Below are positions 26,701 through 35,221 of a stretch of DNA of 64,000 bases, piece by piece (position 1 is the first letter of the stretch; each line of letters opens with the position of its first letter). The stretch is from contig JADFZK010000010.1 in the NCBI GenBank assembly GCA_015232565.1, forward strand, positions 987 to 64,986. Direction: 5' to 3'. The stretch comes from Candidatus Omnitrophota bacterium. Its GTDB lineage: Bacteria; Omnitrophota; Gorgyraeia; Zapsychrales; Fredricksoniimonadaceae. Under the pieces are notes generated by a model. That model searched no databases, was not told where the DNA came from, and saw only the letters and a list, made by a program, of their open reading frames with translations. Made by a program: the position numbers and the translations under genes.

Positions 26701-28419
26701 ATCAACAAGCGCACGCTCCACTGCGGAATCATGCTCTTTATTAATACGGGCCCTTAAAACATCCAAAGAGATCGCCCGGCCTTGCTTGACCATCCTCGAA
26801 TATAGCAAGCCCAGCGCATGCACAACCGCTTGCCGCCCATATCGATTGTCAACCTCCAGGCGAGCCTCTAATGCGCCAATCGTCATTGTTCCTTCTTCAA
26901 CCATATTTAAATAGTGCACACCCAACGCATTCACGACAACGTGCCGCAAATACACATTCTCCAGGCGAGCTTCTAATGTGCCGATCGTGATTTCGTTTTG
27001 CTCGACACTCTTCACATAATGAAGGCCCAACACGTTCTCGATCGCGTCCTTCACGGCCTGACCCCCACTAGCACTCATCAGGCGGGCCTCTAAAGAATCT
27101 ATTGTCAACAGGCCTTTCTCGACCATCTTTGAATAAATTGCAGTCAGCACAGCCACCAATGCTTTGTTCACAAGCGAATACGCTCTGTTTGGCTGAGACT
27201 CCAGGGCGATCAGTTTCTTAAAGAAATTTTCCGTTTTATCAGGACGGGCTGTTTGTCCGGCGTCAACATTCATCTGCGCACCATCTATCATTGCCATATC
27301 TATTTTCACAACGACCATGGTATGGCTAGACGAACCTGCATCAAATTTAGCGCGATCCCTGGTTGTACGATAAACCAGCGGATCAACAATACCGGAGAAA
27401 CCCACGCCCCCGGAGAAATACTTCCGCGGGACCGCTTGCTGAGCGGCCGGATCAAGATCGTCCTTTATATAATTGAATGAACCCTTCCTGAACGCCTCAA
27501 CATATTGAGCCCAAATCTGCTCCTTCTCCTTCCTGTTCTCAATATCCACGCCGCCAGTCTTCCTTTGGTCAACATAGGCCCCGCCAAAGACGGTCTCCCT
27601 GACCTTGTCTTTATACCAAACCGCCAGGATCAGCGCAGAATAGACCTGACGTAATTGCGCAAAGTTTTTGCCTTCGTTGATCTCATTTTCAAGTATCGGG
27701 ATCACTACTTCGCGTAGGATGTTTTTGGCGATTTCGTTTGGGGCAATTGTGGGGTTTGGCGTTGAGGTAGAGACCTGGGTTGCAAAATAATCCGTTTCGA
27801 GCATTACTTTTAGGCGGCTTTTTATTACATAGGCCGCCTTTTGGTTTTCGTACACTACTGCTTTTTCCGGTACGATCCATACTTTGTTGAAGGTATCGAG
27901 CGGGATATCGGTGGTGCCGTATTTGGCATATACGGCCTTATAGACCCGGGCCCAGAAAGCCCTGCCGATTTCTCCTTCCGGATAAATAACCGATGCCGTA
28001 ACCTGCTTAAGCAGATAATCCTGGGCCAAAACATCACGCCCCATCTCCGTAACACCAAAAGCCTCCGGGACAATACGCTCGCGCTCGTATGGAGAAAGGT
28101 TTACCCAAAGATCTTTCTCGGGAACAGTGACCGAAGTCAGGAAGTACTTTATCAGGCGGGACGATTCCGCTCTCAACTCCTCGGCCGATGCACTGGAATC
28201 GCCTTGATCAAGTATAAATTCCAAACGGAACGGATTTTCTCTATCAACCTTAATACCTTTTAACAAAGGCGCCTGGAAGGCCGAGCTCAAACCCACCATC
28301 TGGCCGGGCGCGGGCAAAAGAACACTCTCCGCACGAACACCTGTTGCGGTTAGCAGAAAACAGATCAAGGTAACAAAAGCCACCCACTTACGCACGCACA
28401 CCCCCCCTACAACTGCCAC
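23662..28419 (-). CDS. Giant (1585 aa) secreted protein with about 11 tandem ~37-aa alpha-helical repeats (HEAT/PBS-lyase-like?)
   Basis: It has a signal peptide. A central array of repeats follows the form [VR].AI.NALG.LYLR.VEQG.MT.EALEARL. The C-terminal domain is Gly/Tyr-rich (GHGKYFGSGGFVENRYGKQEVDYGLDKIGGYLGGKYYLD). Confidence 0.6.
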   Translation of the reverse strand: MAVVGGVCVRKWVAFVTLICFLLTATGVRAESVLLPAPGQMVGLSSAFQAPLLKGIKVDRENPFRLEFILDQGDSSASAEELRAESSRLIKYFLTSVTVPEKDLWVNLSPYERERIVPEAFGVTEMGRDVLAQDYLLKQVTASVIYPEGEIGRAFWARVYKAVYAKYGTTDIPLDTFNKVWIVPEKAVVYENQKAAYVIKSRLKVMLETDYFATQVSTSTPNPTIAPNEIAKNILREVVIPILENEINEGKNFAQLRQVYSALILAVWYKDKVRETVFGGAYVDQRKTGGVDIENRKEKEQIWAQYVEAFRKGSFNYIKDDLDPAAQQAVPRKYFSGGVGFSGIVDPLVYRTTRDRAKFDAGSSSHTMVVVKIDMAMIDGAQMNVDAGQTARPDKTENFFKKLIALESQPNRAYSLVNKALVAVLTAIYSKMVEKGLLTIDSLEARLMSASGGQAVKDAIENVLGLHYVKSVEQNEITIGTLEARLENVYLRHVVVNALGVHYLNMVEEGTMTIGALEARLEVDNRYGRQAVVHALGLLYSRMVKQGRAISLDVLRARINKEHDSAVERALVDVVLMFDEKMVEQGRMTLDMFENRWRAVEGNQSLQQALELLGKLYLRKLEQGQVSAEVMEAFLKREPNLDVVPQIIKGSGSLYLKMVVQGQTTKEALELRLMTEEDWKVRRAIMNGLVLIYLHLIEQGRWTKDGLESRLRTLGDSELRLANHEALIALYISLVEQEKLTIEALESEYKIEAVNVRCAIALTLGTLYLRRVEQGQMTMEAFEARAEKSANDSLIEPAFRNALNTLRIKLGKMAIVDMEALEKVEYDSEALRNIGNALTLLYIREVEQGRMTIGDLEFRLKSARMVVQCAIVNALGALCLRMVEQGQTGPEAIKQYEFWDRRGLLVLGNAYVLDWVSGLDVPSVEREDALLTDVVSALDEANKGSSEDRQISRDVFQREYLPLVGALEAFLPGQGAQYITASLKNNGGVPVVVRFLGSKQSFLRNGAAMQALRGVLERMRVEHEKISRKAFRVDMTTLFKVINTMAGFIDLGKGRRCVEILNALSEPMSVTDLAKHLEGLFMGELASYLEVPAEAVSAEAGQSLYMPYLSRIRDALLFIKGNTPEKYERFRALVAAMLQGRFWVFIEDTEQANEQGKLIAQHNKLVREALAGAGIDVERWLGRAGNSRMPEGAFLYHENSMQEYDPVADAGVVANYIVNTLNAELEPDQREALMQFLKQSGLAAVRDPRGLVSAIRVVGAAKKRDIVSAIAERTNLKMLLAIQSRLVSAENVQHNVPLLEMVTHLGERIATLQARMDNPEYQKDLGKQRRHFLVRPILRNPGHDLFIGDFTNCCLGMNSNQYPDAMMDRLIDEGLNVLEVIDEDTQKTMAAAWLYIATDGSLVIQNLEINADYERIEPLMNAVGSGMVEYARQFAQHIGARRFLIGQPGHGKYFGSGGFVENRYGKQEVDYGLDKIGGYLGGKYYLDSTGAAKAYLVPFDSSMAGAPAVGLIDEVGGIDLARDKLDLRLEGEGPGVKFDLDPAMIRQLQSSVGLAPIIVDISPLLVALPEFMGLSDNAPIAVPSP

Positions 28420-28557
28420 TACAAAGCTGTCGACCCAAATACCCAGCCACTACAAGTATTTACTATATTGTTGGGAAAACAAGGGGGGCACGGCCAAAAA
28501 CGGGAAAGCGTTTTCTTCTCGACGAGAGGCGGAAAAAATACTTAAAATATCCAGCAA

Positions 28558-29478
28558 TTATTTCAACTTACCGCGGATATGCACCAGGCATTTGCGGCAT
28601 TTGTCTTTTTTGTCGGCGGCGCGGCCCTGCATCTGGCCGTCGCACCAGGTATGATCGATCTCCCAGCACTTGGCCCCATGATTGGGAAAGGAAGGGCACT
28701 GCACCTGGCGTTCGGGCGGGCAATTAAGGATCTCCCAGCAGTTGGATTTCATGGTCGTCGCGCAATAAACCTTCAGATCGCCGGTGTGTTTGCGCATGTC
28801 CCCGATCAGGCGGTCCCAGGCTTCCTTGCTTTCCAGATCCTTGGGTAAAGGCCGCCGCTCGATCCGTTCCAGGAACATTTCCACCTTGCGGCAATGATCC
28901 CGCAGGGCATCGAGCAAATGTTTGGTGCGCACATTTACTTCATCATCAGGCATGGCATCGCGCCATACCTCAAAGCCGCCCAGCACACGGCCTTTCTTGT
29001 CGATCAACGGCCCCGCCGAAACCACTATCGCATGCTCACGGCCCATGCGGTCGTTCACTTTCACCCTCTTGCCCACCACCGACTTACGCGTCTTCATGGC
29101 CTGCTTGATAGCGCAATGCCGCTCACAAAGGTCGCTGTTAAAGATCTGCGCGCAATTTACCTTGCCCACTGCATCGTTGAGCTTTAATCCGGTGAATTCC
29201 AGGCAAGCCGGGTTCATGAACTGGATCTTCATGTCCTTGTCGACCACAAAAAACGGGTAGGTGGAAGCGCGCAGGATGCTAACGGCAAATGCGGCCATAT
29301 CCTCAAATTCACCGAAAGCCTTGGTTTTGGATGACAGGAAATCCAGGAAATCGTTCTGGGCTCCGTCTTCTTTAGGCTCGACGACCTTTTTACTGCCATG
29401 CGAGGCTTCGGTAGTCTTTAAGGGCTGTTTAAACTCCCTGAGCTCACCCAGGATCCTGGCCATGCGATCGAAATTCAT
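28558..29478 (-). CDS. PAS-domain protein with C-terminal Cys-rich (8 Cys) putative metal/redox-sensing module
   Basis: The PAS-like core is FFVVDKDMKIQFMNPACLEFTGL...GKVNCAQIF. The C-terminus reads NCWEILNCP..(5)C..(8)CWEIDHTWCDG..(12)CRKC. Confidence 0.55.
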   Translation of the reverse strand: MNFDRMARILGELREFKQPLKTTEASHGSKKVVEPKEDGAQNDFLDFLSSKTKAFGEFEDMAAFAVSILRASTYPFFVVDKDMKIQFMNPACLEFTGLKLNDAVGKVNCAQIFNSDLCERHCAIKQAMKTRKSVVGKRVKVNDRMGREHAIVVSAGPLIDKKGRVLGGFEVWRDAMPDDEVNVRTKHLLDALRDHCRKVEMFLERIERRPLPKDLESKEAWDRLIGDMRKHTGDLKVYCATTMKSNCWEILNCPPERQVQCPSFPNHGAKCWEIDHTWCDGQMQGRAADKKDKCRKCLVHIRGKLK

Positions 29479-30386
29479 TATCCGCCTCCCAAGTCAGTAT
29501 AAAGATCCACTGTGTCAATTTCCGCAAACGCGCCCGTAAGCGCGGCCCGCACAGCGCCCGTTCGCTCCAGCTCCTCGGCTACCAGAATGCCCGTCGGCCC
29601 CTGTAAAGTGATCCCCAGCCAAAACTTCTTGCCGACCCGCCGGAACTTGATATTGCGCACGCTGTAGGGCGCAAAGTCCCGGGCCACCAGCACTTCGATC
29701 CGCCGCCGGAACCCGGAATCCGGCACCTGGTCGAGCACCGCCTGCAGATTGCTGGTCCAGTGCCCCAGGGCATCTTTGACGATAATCGCCCCCACTATTA
29801 AAGCCGCAAACTTGTCGCAAATCGCGAACGCCGGCCCGATCTGCGCCACCAAGATCGCCACGATCACCGCGCCCGACGAGAAAAGATCCGCCCCGGCATG
29901 ACAGCCATTAGCCACCAATCCCGGGCTATCCAGCCGGGTGCCGGCACAAAAATTATAACGGTACATCATATACGTCAAGAAAGCCGACACTACCACGATC
30001 GGGAGCGCCATAATATCCGGCTGGACAAACTCCCGCCGGAAGATCGCCAGCAAATTTGACAACACAATATATAACCCCAGGCCGATGAGCACACTAAAAG
30101 CAGACAGCGCGGCAATGAACTCGGCTTTGGCATAACCAAAAGGAAAACGCTCGTCCGACTGCCGGCCGGAAAAAACCAGGCTGATCATAATAAGGATACT
30201 GGTAGCCACACAAGACAAGGACTGCAAGCCGTCCGCGATCAGCCCGGAACTGTTGGTAAATACCCCGCCCGCCAGCTTGAGTCCCGACATCACCACATTG
30301 CCGGCCACCGTCCACATAAGGATCTTTTTGGAACAACTCCGGCAGACACCCAGATCTTCCGACGGGCACATTGGCTGTTCGCTCAT
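29478..30386 (-). CDS. mamB: Cation diffusion facilitator (CDF) transporter, MamB-like (N-terminal CxxC)
   Basis: It has the CDF signature FGYAKAEF, six TM segments, a C-terminal cytoplasmic domain, and an N-terminal CRSCS motif like the CxxC at the MamB N-terminus. Confidence 0.65.
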   Translation of the reverse strand: MSEQPMCPSEDLGVCRSCSKKILMWTVAGNVVMSGLKLAGGVFTNSSGLIADGLQSLSCVATSILIMISLVFSGRQSDERFPFGYAKAEFIAALSAFSVLIGLGLYIVLSNLLAIFRREFVQPDIMALPIVVVSAFLTYMMYRYNFCAGTRLDSPGLVANGCHAGADLFSSGAVIVAILVAQIGPAFAICDKFAALIVGAIIVKDALGHWTSNLQAVLDQVPDSGFRRRIEVLVARDFAPYSVRNIKFRRVGKKFWLGITLQGPTGILVAEELERTGAVRAALTGAFAEIDTVDLYTDLGGG

Positions 30387-31273
30387 GCCGGCTCCTTTTG
30401 CACAAAACCCACCAAAAGCTCATGCGGCACCGTGAACTTTTTATGCAAAAGCTCCCGCACCTTGCGGCCCTGCGCCACCGCTTCTTTCATGGAAGACTCC
30501 CCGGCCACCTGCAGGGTCACCATGATCTCCAGCAAATGCCCCGACCGGCTGACCCGTAAGGCCGCCAGCCCGACCGCCGGCCGGATACGCAGGATCAAGG
30601 CCCGCACCTGACCCACGGTCTGCGGATCGCCCGACGCATCCATCAAACCCTTAAACGCCGACTTCAAAAAAGTGCAGCCGTAAATGATCAAAAAGAACGC
30701 GGTCAGGATCGCACAGGCGTAATCCAGCAAGGAAGAACCGTTCCGCGCTATGATCACCGCAACAACTGTCATAATGGAAAGCAAAAAGTCTGCATTCAGC
30801 AAAAATGAAACTTCCCGGGCATCGATCTCCGGAACATTCCGGCCCGCCGACCGGATCCACCACATGAGCCCCAGGCTGGCCAATGCCGTGGCCAGCGCCA
30901 CCCCCGCCGCCAGCATTTGCGGCGGATAAAGCGTATGAAAGAAAACCATATGCCCGATCGAGAACAAAAGCGCACTGGTGCTCAGGGTAATTATCATGGA
31001 CGTCCCCAGGACAATGATAAATTCCAGCTTGTCCGGATTAAAATACATCCGGCCCGCGCGCCCGGGATGCGAACGCCCGATCCGCACCAGGCTCACTACC
31101 GCGATAAACACCCCGAACAACGCAAATATACCCGCCACCAGCAGACACTTGGAACCGGCGATCACGCCGAACACCACCTTGAGCGCTCCGGAGGCCAGGA
31201 AGAAATAGAACAGCGCGTAAGCCGTTAATTCTTTCTGCTCTTTTACAGCGTCGAAACTCTTCTTTATCATCAC
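30383..31273 (-). CDS. mamM: Cation diffusion facilitator transporter, MamM-like
   Basis: It has CDF topology and is ATGA-coupled to the preceding CDF gene. It lacks an N-terminal CxxC. Confidence 0.55.
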   Translation of the reverse strand: MMIKKSFDAVKEQKELTAYALFYFFLASGALKVVFGVIAGSKCLLVAGIFALFGVFIAVVSLVRIGRSHPGRAGRMYFNPDKLEFIIVLGTSMIITLSTSALLFSIGHMVFFHTLYPPQMLAAGVALATALASLGLMWWIRSAGRNVPEIDAREVSFLLNADFLLSIMTVVAVIIARNGSSLLDYACAILTAFFLIIYGCTFLKSAFKGLMDASGDPQTVGQVRALILRIRPAVGLAALRVSRSGHLLEIMVTLQVAGESSMKEAVAQGRKVRELLHKKFTVPHELLVGFVQKEPA

Positions 31274-31298
31274 CCGTTCCTTGTATTAAATTGCGCCA

Positions 31299-32042
31299 TT
31301 AGGGCGCGGCTTGTAACCCCAGGATAGTATGGCAATTGGAACACACACCCCGAAAATTATGCGGCACCTGCGCGGTAGCCGCGGGAATAGCAATGTCGGG
31401 ATTAACCACATGGCAGTTCTCGCATACCCCGCGGAACTGGTGCAGCATCTGGGCATCACGAAATATCGGCGGCGGGCTTAAAGGCTGAACAGCCGCCACT
31501 CTTTGCAAACCGGTATTGCCCTGCACCGGCACCCGCAACATTCCCTGGCAGCGCGGACAGCGCGTATAACCGCGGTTCCAGTAGTTAGCGTCGTTAAAAA
31601 CAAAATTGCACTGCGGGCAACGTAAAGCTCCGGCGTTCTGGCCGGCCCCGGCTCCTAACCCCAACCCCATACCCATACCCGGCTGTCGGCCGGGAACCGG
31701 GCACGGCACCCAGGCCGCGGGCTGGGCGCAACCCGGCGTAAAACCCACCTGCTGGGCACACCCGGGAGCAAACGCCACCGGTAACGCACCCGTCGCCGGC
31801 GCCGGTGCGCCCGGAAAACACTGGGTCACTGTAGGACAAGTGGCACAGGCCGGCGGCACATATGCCGCCTGCTGGCCAGCGGCCGTACCCGCGCCAACCG
31901 GCTGTCCGGGCAATGGCACATCGCCGCCCTTGAACATGGCCACGCAAAACAACGTGACCAGTAAGGTGACCGTAATGCCCGCGATCCAGACATTCTTTGC
32001 ATTGGTCGTCGTACAACTTGTGCCGTCTTTATCGTGCTCCAT
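31299..32042 (-). CDS. mamT: Membrane-anchored double-magnetochrome c-type cytochrome (MamT-like) with zinc ribbon and Gly/Leu repeats
   Basis: One TM segment is followed by a GMGMGLGLGAGAG stretch and a zinc ribbon (RCPQCN...RCPRCQ). The C-terminus has two P..H..RG.C..CH motifs (PPIFRDAQMLHQFRGVCENCHVV and VPHNFRGVCSNCHTI). Confidence 0.7.
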   Translation of the reverse strand: MEHDKDGTSCTTTNAKNVWIAGITVTLLVTLFCVAMFKGGDVPLPGQPVGAGTAAGQQAAYVPPACATCPTVTQCFPGAPAPATGALPVAFAPGCAQQVGFTPGCAQPAAWVPCPVPGRQPGMGMGLGLGAGAGQNAGALRCPQCNFVFNDANYWNRGYTRCPRCQGMLRVPVQGNTGLQRVAAVQPLSPPPIFRDAQMLHQFRGVCENCHVVNPDIAIPAATAQVPHNFRGVCSNCHTILGLQAAP

Positions 32043-32075
32043 AGAACGATCCCTTTCGTTGCCTTTATGCCGGAT

Positions 32076-32522
32076 TTATATTCCGCCTGGACGGATACCC
32101 ACCCGGCCGTAAACCAGCGTTTGCTTGCCTGCCCGCTCTACCGTAAACGTTACCCGTTCATTGATCCCGGTGGTGCGGATCAAATACTGAGACTGGTCCT
32201 GGCTTATTACGCTCGCGCCATTCCAGCGTTGCAAAACATCGCCCTCGCGCAAACCCGCGCTCTCGGCGGGCGACCCCTTGAAGACCCGCGAGACCAGAAC
32301 GCCATTGGCCGCCATCAGGTCATACTGGCGCCGCACATCGGCCGTCAGCTCGATGGTCTCAACCCCCAGCCACAGCCGGGGGTCCACAGTCCGGAACCGG
32401 AAGTTCCACCCGTCAGCAAAAACCATCACCAGATAAACCACCGCCACCAGCACCAGGCCCGCGGCCATATTGATGATAGTGGCCTTGGAGCCCTCCTTGC
32501 TATACCGCCCGGACTGACTCAT
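32076..32522 (-). CDS. Small membrane-anchored PDZ-domain protein
   Basis: One TM segment is followed by a PDZ domain (GVLVSRVFKGSPAESAGLREGDVLQRWNG). Confidence 0.55.
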   Translation of the reverse strand: MSQSGRYSKEGSKATIINMAAGLVLVAVVYLVMVFADGWNFRFRTVDPRLWLGVETIELTADVRRQYDLMAANGVLVSRVFKGSPAESAGLREGDVLQRWNGASVISQDQSQYLIRTTGINERVTFTVERAGKQTLVYGRVGIRPGGI

Positions 32523-33361
32523 GGCTTCTTCCCCTCGGGACTTTTCGCGCCGATCCGAACTTTAACGCTATCGCACTTTAAACAATTAAAACAGCGCACA
32601 CACACCGAACTGCCGGGATCGTCGCTGATATTAATATCCACCGGACAAACCTCGCGGCATTTCTGGCAGTCCCGGCATTTCCCGGGGTCCACATCAAGCT
32701 GTAACAGGCTGTGCCGGTTAAAGAATCCGAATATCGCCCCCAGCGGGCACGCCAGCTTGCAGAACGGGCGCTTGGCAAAAACAAAAAAACCTACGAACAA
32801 GACCGCGATCAAAACCTTGATCACGAAAAGAAAACCCAGAGTGGAAGTGGCTACCGCCGGCTCACCGTAAACCGGAATGACCGGATTCCACAAGACCCAC
32901 GGAAAAGCCGCTTGCAATGTTCCCATCGGGCATAATTTAGAGAACGAAGTCTCCTGAGTTACCAGCGGGAACAGCACCACCAGCAAAGCCAGCACCAGAT
33001 AACGCGAAACCGCCAGTTTGAGAGGAATATGGATCTTGATACTTTTGATTTTGTACAACAAGTCCTGCATGAACCCGAAAGGGCACAACCAGCCGCAAGC
33101 CAGACTGCCCACTGTCACTCCGATAGCCGTCAGGTAACCTGCCACCAGGTAGGGGAACTTATGGATGGTCATAAAATGCTGGATGGTCCCGATGGGGCAG
33201 GAGAAGAACGCCGACGGACAACTGTGGCAATTTAAGAACGGCACGCACGCGCTTTTAAGCGGGCCCTGATAAACCTGCCGGGTCTTGAAGAACCCCAGAT
33301 ACAGGTTCGACAAAACCAGCGTGCACCACTGCACCGTTTCCCTTAATCTTTGCAGATCCAT
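32519..33361 (-). CDS. NapH/MauN-type polyferredoxin membrane protein (paralog of 14763..15650)
   Basis: The start is refined to MDLQRL at 33361 by alignment with the paralog. It has CHSCP, CGWLCPFG, CPMG and CPLG motifs. The C-terminus carries CRDCQKCREVCP and CVRCFNCLKC. Confidence 0.65.
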   Translation of the reverse strand: MDLQRLRETVQWCTLVLSNLYLGFFKTRQVYQGPLKSACVPFLNCHSCPSAFFSCPIGTIQHFMTIHKFPYLVAGYLTAIGVTVGSLACGWLCPFGFMQDLLYKIKSIKIHIPLKLAVSRYLVLALLVVLFPLVTQETSFSKLCPMGTLQAAFPWVLWNPVIPVYGEPAVATSTLGFLFVIKVLIAVLFVGFFVFAKRPFCKLACPLGAIFGFFNRHSLLQLDVDPGKCRDCQKCREVCPVDINISDDPGSSVCVRCFNCLKCDSVKVRIGAKSPEGKKP

Positions 33362-33365
33362 AAAC

Positions 33366-33497
33366 CTACTCCAGTCCAATGCAGGCCATACACATGGTCG
33401 CGCCGTTATTTTGCGTTTCCAGCGCATCGTTAGCGCTGTCGCCGATAAGGAATAAAATAAAGACCACAAAAAGAACCAGTATCACTTTTTTACCCAT
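33366..33497 (-). CDS. Small (43 aa) signal-peptide/membrane peptide, not in the ORF track
   Basis: It is preceded by a GGGAGG Shine-Dalgarno site. The translation is MGKKVILVLFVVFILFLIGDSANDALETQNNGATMCMACIGLE. Its stop lies 3 nt before the refined NapH-like start. Confidence 0.3.
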   Translation of the reverse strand: MGKKVILVLFVVFILFLIGDSANDALETQNNGATMCMACIGLE

Positions 33498-33528
33498 CCC
33501 CAACCTCCCGGTTCACACCCGCCAAATT

Positions 33529-33882
33529 TTATTGCGCTTCAATCCAGGTCATATGTTCCTTACACCGCGGACAGACCGGAAAACCCATCTGACCGCAGGC
33601 CGGGCACACAAAGTTGCCGGCGAACCCGTTCCAGAACATAGCCACCTTGCAAGTGGGGCACATCGGCACGCCCTTCGAACCGCATTTAGGGCATACCGCG
33701 TTAACATTGTGCTGAATAACTTTCATAACCACGTTATTACGGATCAAAGCCCGCGCCGACAAGGACTGAAACTTGCCGACCGCGTAAGCGGTATATACCG
33801 ACAAGAACACCACCAGCAAGGCCCCGGTGATAATAAGCCGGCCGCGATCCTGTTCATTAATGCCCGACTTTAACTGCGCCAT
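33529..33882 (-). CDS. Membrane-anchored double zinc-ribbon protein
   Basis: One TM segment is followed by CPKCG..(6)CPTC and CPACG..(6)CPRC. Confidence 0.5.
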   Translation of the reverse strand: MAQLKSGINEQDRGRLIITGALLVVFLSVYTAYAVGKFQSLSARALIRNNVVMKVIQHNVNAVCPKCGSKGVPMCPTCKVAMFWNGFAGNFVCPACGQMGFPVCPRCKEHMTWIEAQ

Positions 33883-34592
33883 TAAAATACCCTCACTTTC
33901 GGGCTGACCAGCCCGGCATCCAGCGGGGACGCCACCGCCACCACCTCATGCATGGCGCCATTGCACTTCGGGCAAGCAGCCGGCATTTTCCCGCCGGCAG
34001 CCGTCTCCGACAAACGATAATTGCAGTCAAAGCAAATATAAAACTTCCCCTGCACAATACGTCCCAGGTTCGCCTGGGTATCAAAAGAATTACAGGCCAC
34101 CGCCTTCTTGCTGTTGGTAATACCAAAATGCGCCGGCACATTTTCAGCCGTCAATTTAGTCAGGCCATCCGGGAAATCATTCAAAGCTTGCCAGGCGGTA
34201 CCATGGATATCGGTATACACTTCGACCCGCGCCGCGTCGAAAACCCGGAACGGCTCAAAGCCCACGTTATTACCCAACACCACATCCACATTCATCGCGG
34301 CCAGCATTTGTGCCGAGCGCAAGCCGGCGGCGTGCTGGCTGTCCATGAATTTGTTCGGCACAGCCTTATAGGTCTTCTTGGCGCGGTCACAAATAATATA
34401 GAACGGCGCCCGCCCGAAAAGATAAGATACCGGGCTGGTTATATCCTTGCCCGTAGCCGCGATCGCCACAATGACCGCCTTGCGGCCGGTAAGCACCAGC
34501 GGATTACTTTGCTCCCAGGTCATTTGCCCGATCACCGCCCCCAGGGCGGCAAGAAAGATCAACAGGAACAAGAGCTCTTTATTTTTGATCAT
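33882..34592 (-). CDS. Membrane-anchored NifX/NafY-like domain protein with C-terminal zinc ribbon
   Basis: It has a signal/TM segment, then KAVIVAIAATGKDITSPVSYLFGRAPFYIICD...VVLGNNVGFEPFRVFDAARVEVY, a PF02579-type pattern. The C-terminal zinc ribbon is CFDCNY...CPKCNG. Confidence 0.6.
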   Translation of the reverse strand: MIKNKELLFLLIFLAALGAVIGQMTWEQSNPLVLTGRKAVIVAIAATGKDITSPVSYLFGRAPFYIICDRAKKTYKAVPNKFMDSQHAAGLRSAQMLAAMNVDVVLGNNVGFEPFRVFDAARVEVYTDIHGTAWQALNDFPDGLTKLTAENVPAHFGITNSKKAVACNSFDTQANLGRIVQGKFYICFDCNYRLSETAAGGKMPAACPKCNGAMHEVVAVASPLDAGLVSPKVRVF

Positions 34593-34764
34593 TTTATAAT
34601 TATGTCTTTTTGTAGATTTTCACAATGAGTATACAATTTTAACATTTCAGACCAAAAAAAATTACGTCCGCCTTAACAGTCTCACAACGATTCACAACCA
34701 CTCATGAAACCCAAATCATTACCTCATATGCCATGAACCCGAAACCCGCCGGTTGCAGTGTTGC

Positions 34765-35150
34765 GGCGCAAAGGTAAAGCCTTTTGGCTCGCTGATGATC
34801 CTTTCCGCCGCGTTCATAGAATTTAGAGCACCGCTACGGATAAACCAACCCTCATTATACAATCCGACGGGGTTTGAGTCGGATGGCAATAGTTGTAAAA
34901 GATCCAACGCGTTAGACATACCCTCCGCGCTGCTCTAAATTCATGAACCCGGATAATGCACCAACACATAAACGACATGCACCCAGCCGGGTAACCTTGG
35001 CTAACATAAAACTCTCAAATCGTTGGCCAAGCTTGAGTTTTATGAGCCAACCCTTCGGGCGGATTTTTCTATTGAAAAATCCGGGATTAACGCCCTTGTA
35101 AACACAGTGGCGGGGATCATATGCGAGCCAAAAGGCTTTACCTTTGCGCC
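34765..35150. repeat. Non-coding element bounded by perfect 28-bp terminal inverted repeats, with internal hairpins (MITE-like or structured RNA)
   Basis: ggcgcaaaggtaaagccttttggctcgc at 34765..34792 is the exact reverse complement of 35123..35150. There is a second internal near-inverted pair (aatttagagcaccgc / gcgctgctctaaatt) and a hairpin at about 34995..35050. No convincing ORF is present. Confidence 0.5.
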
Positions 35151-35221
35151 TTGCAGGTGCGCCCACGCCTGTTTTCTACCAGCAACTCATGCCAATCATG
35201 CCACCACTAAACACTTTTGTT

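Noticed and set aside
14293-34592. Nitrogen-fixation (nif) locus suggested by NifX/NafY-like domains
   Set aside because: No nifH/D/K/E/N/B genes are present. The PF02579-type domain is widespread as a generic cofactor-binding module in anaerobes, and here it is fused to TM anchors, zinc ribbons and magnetochromes.
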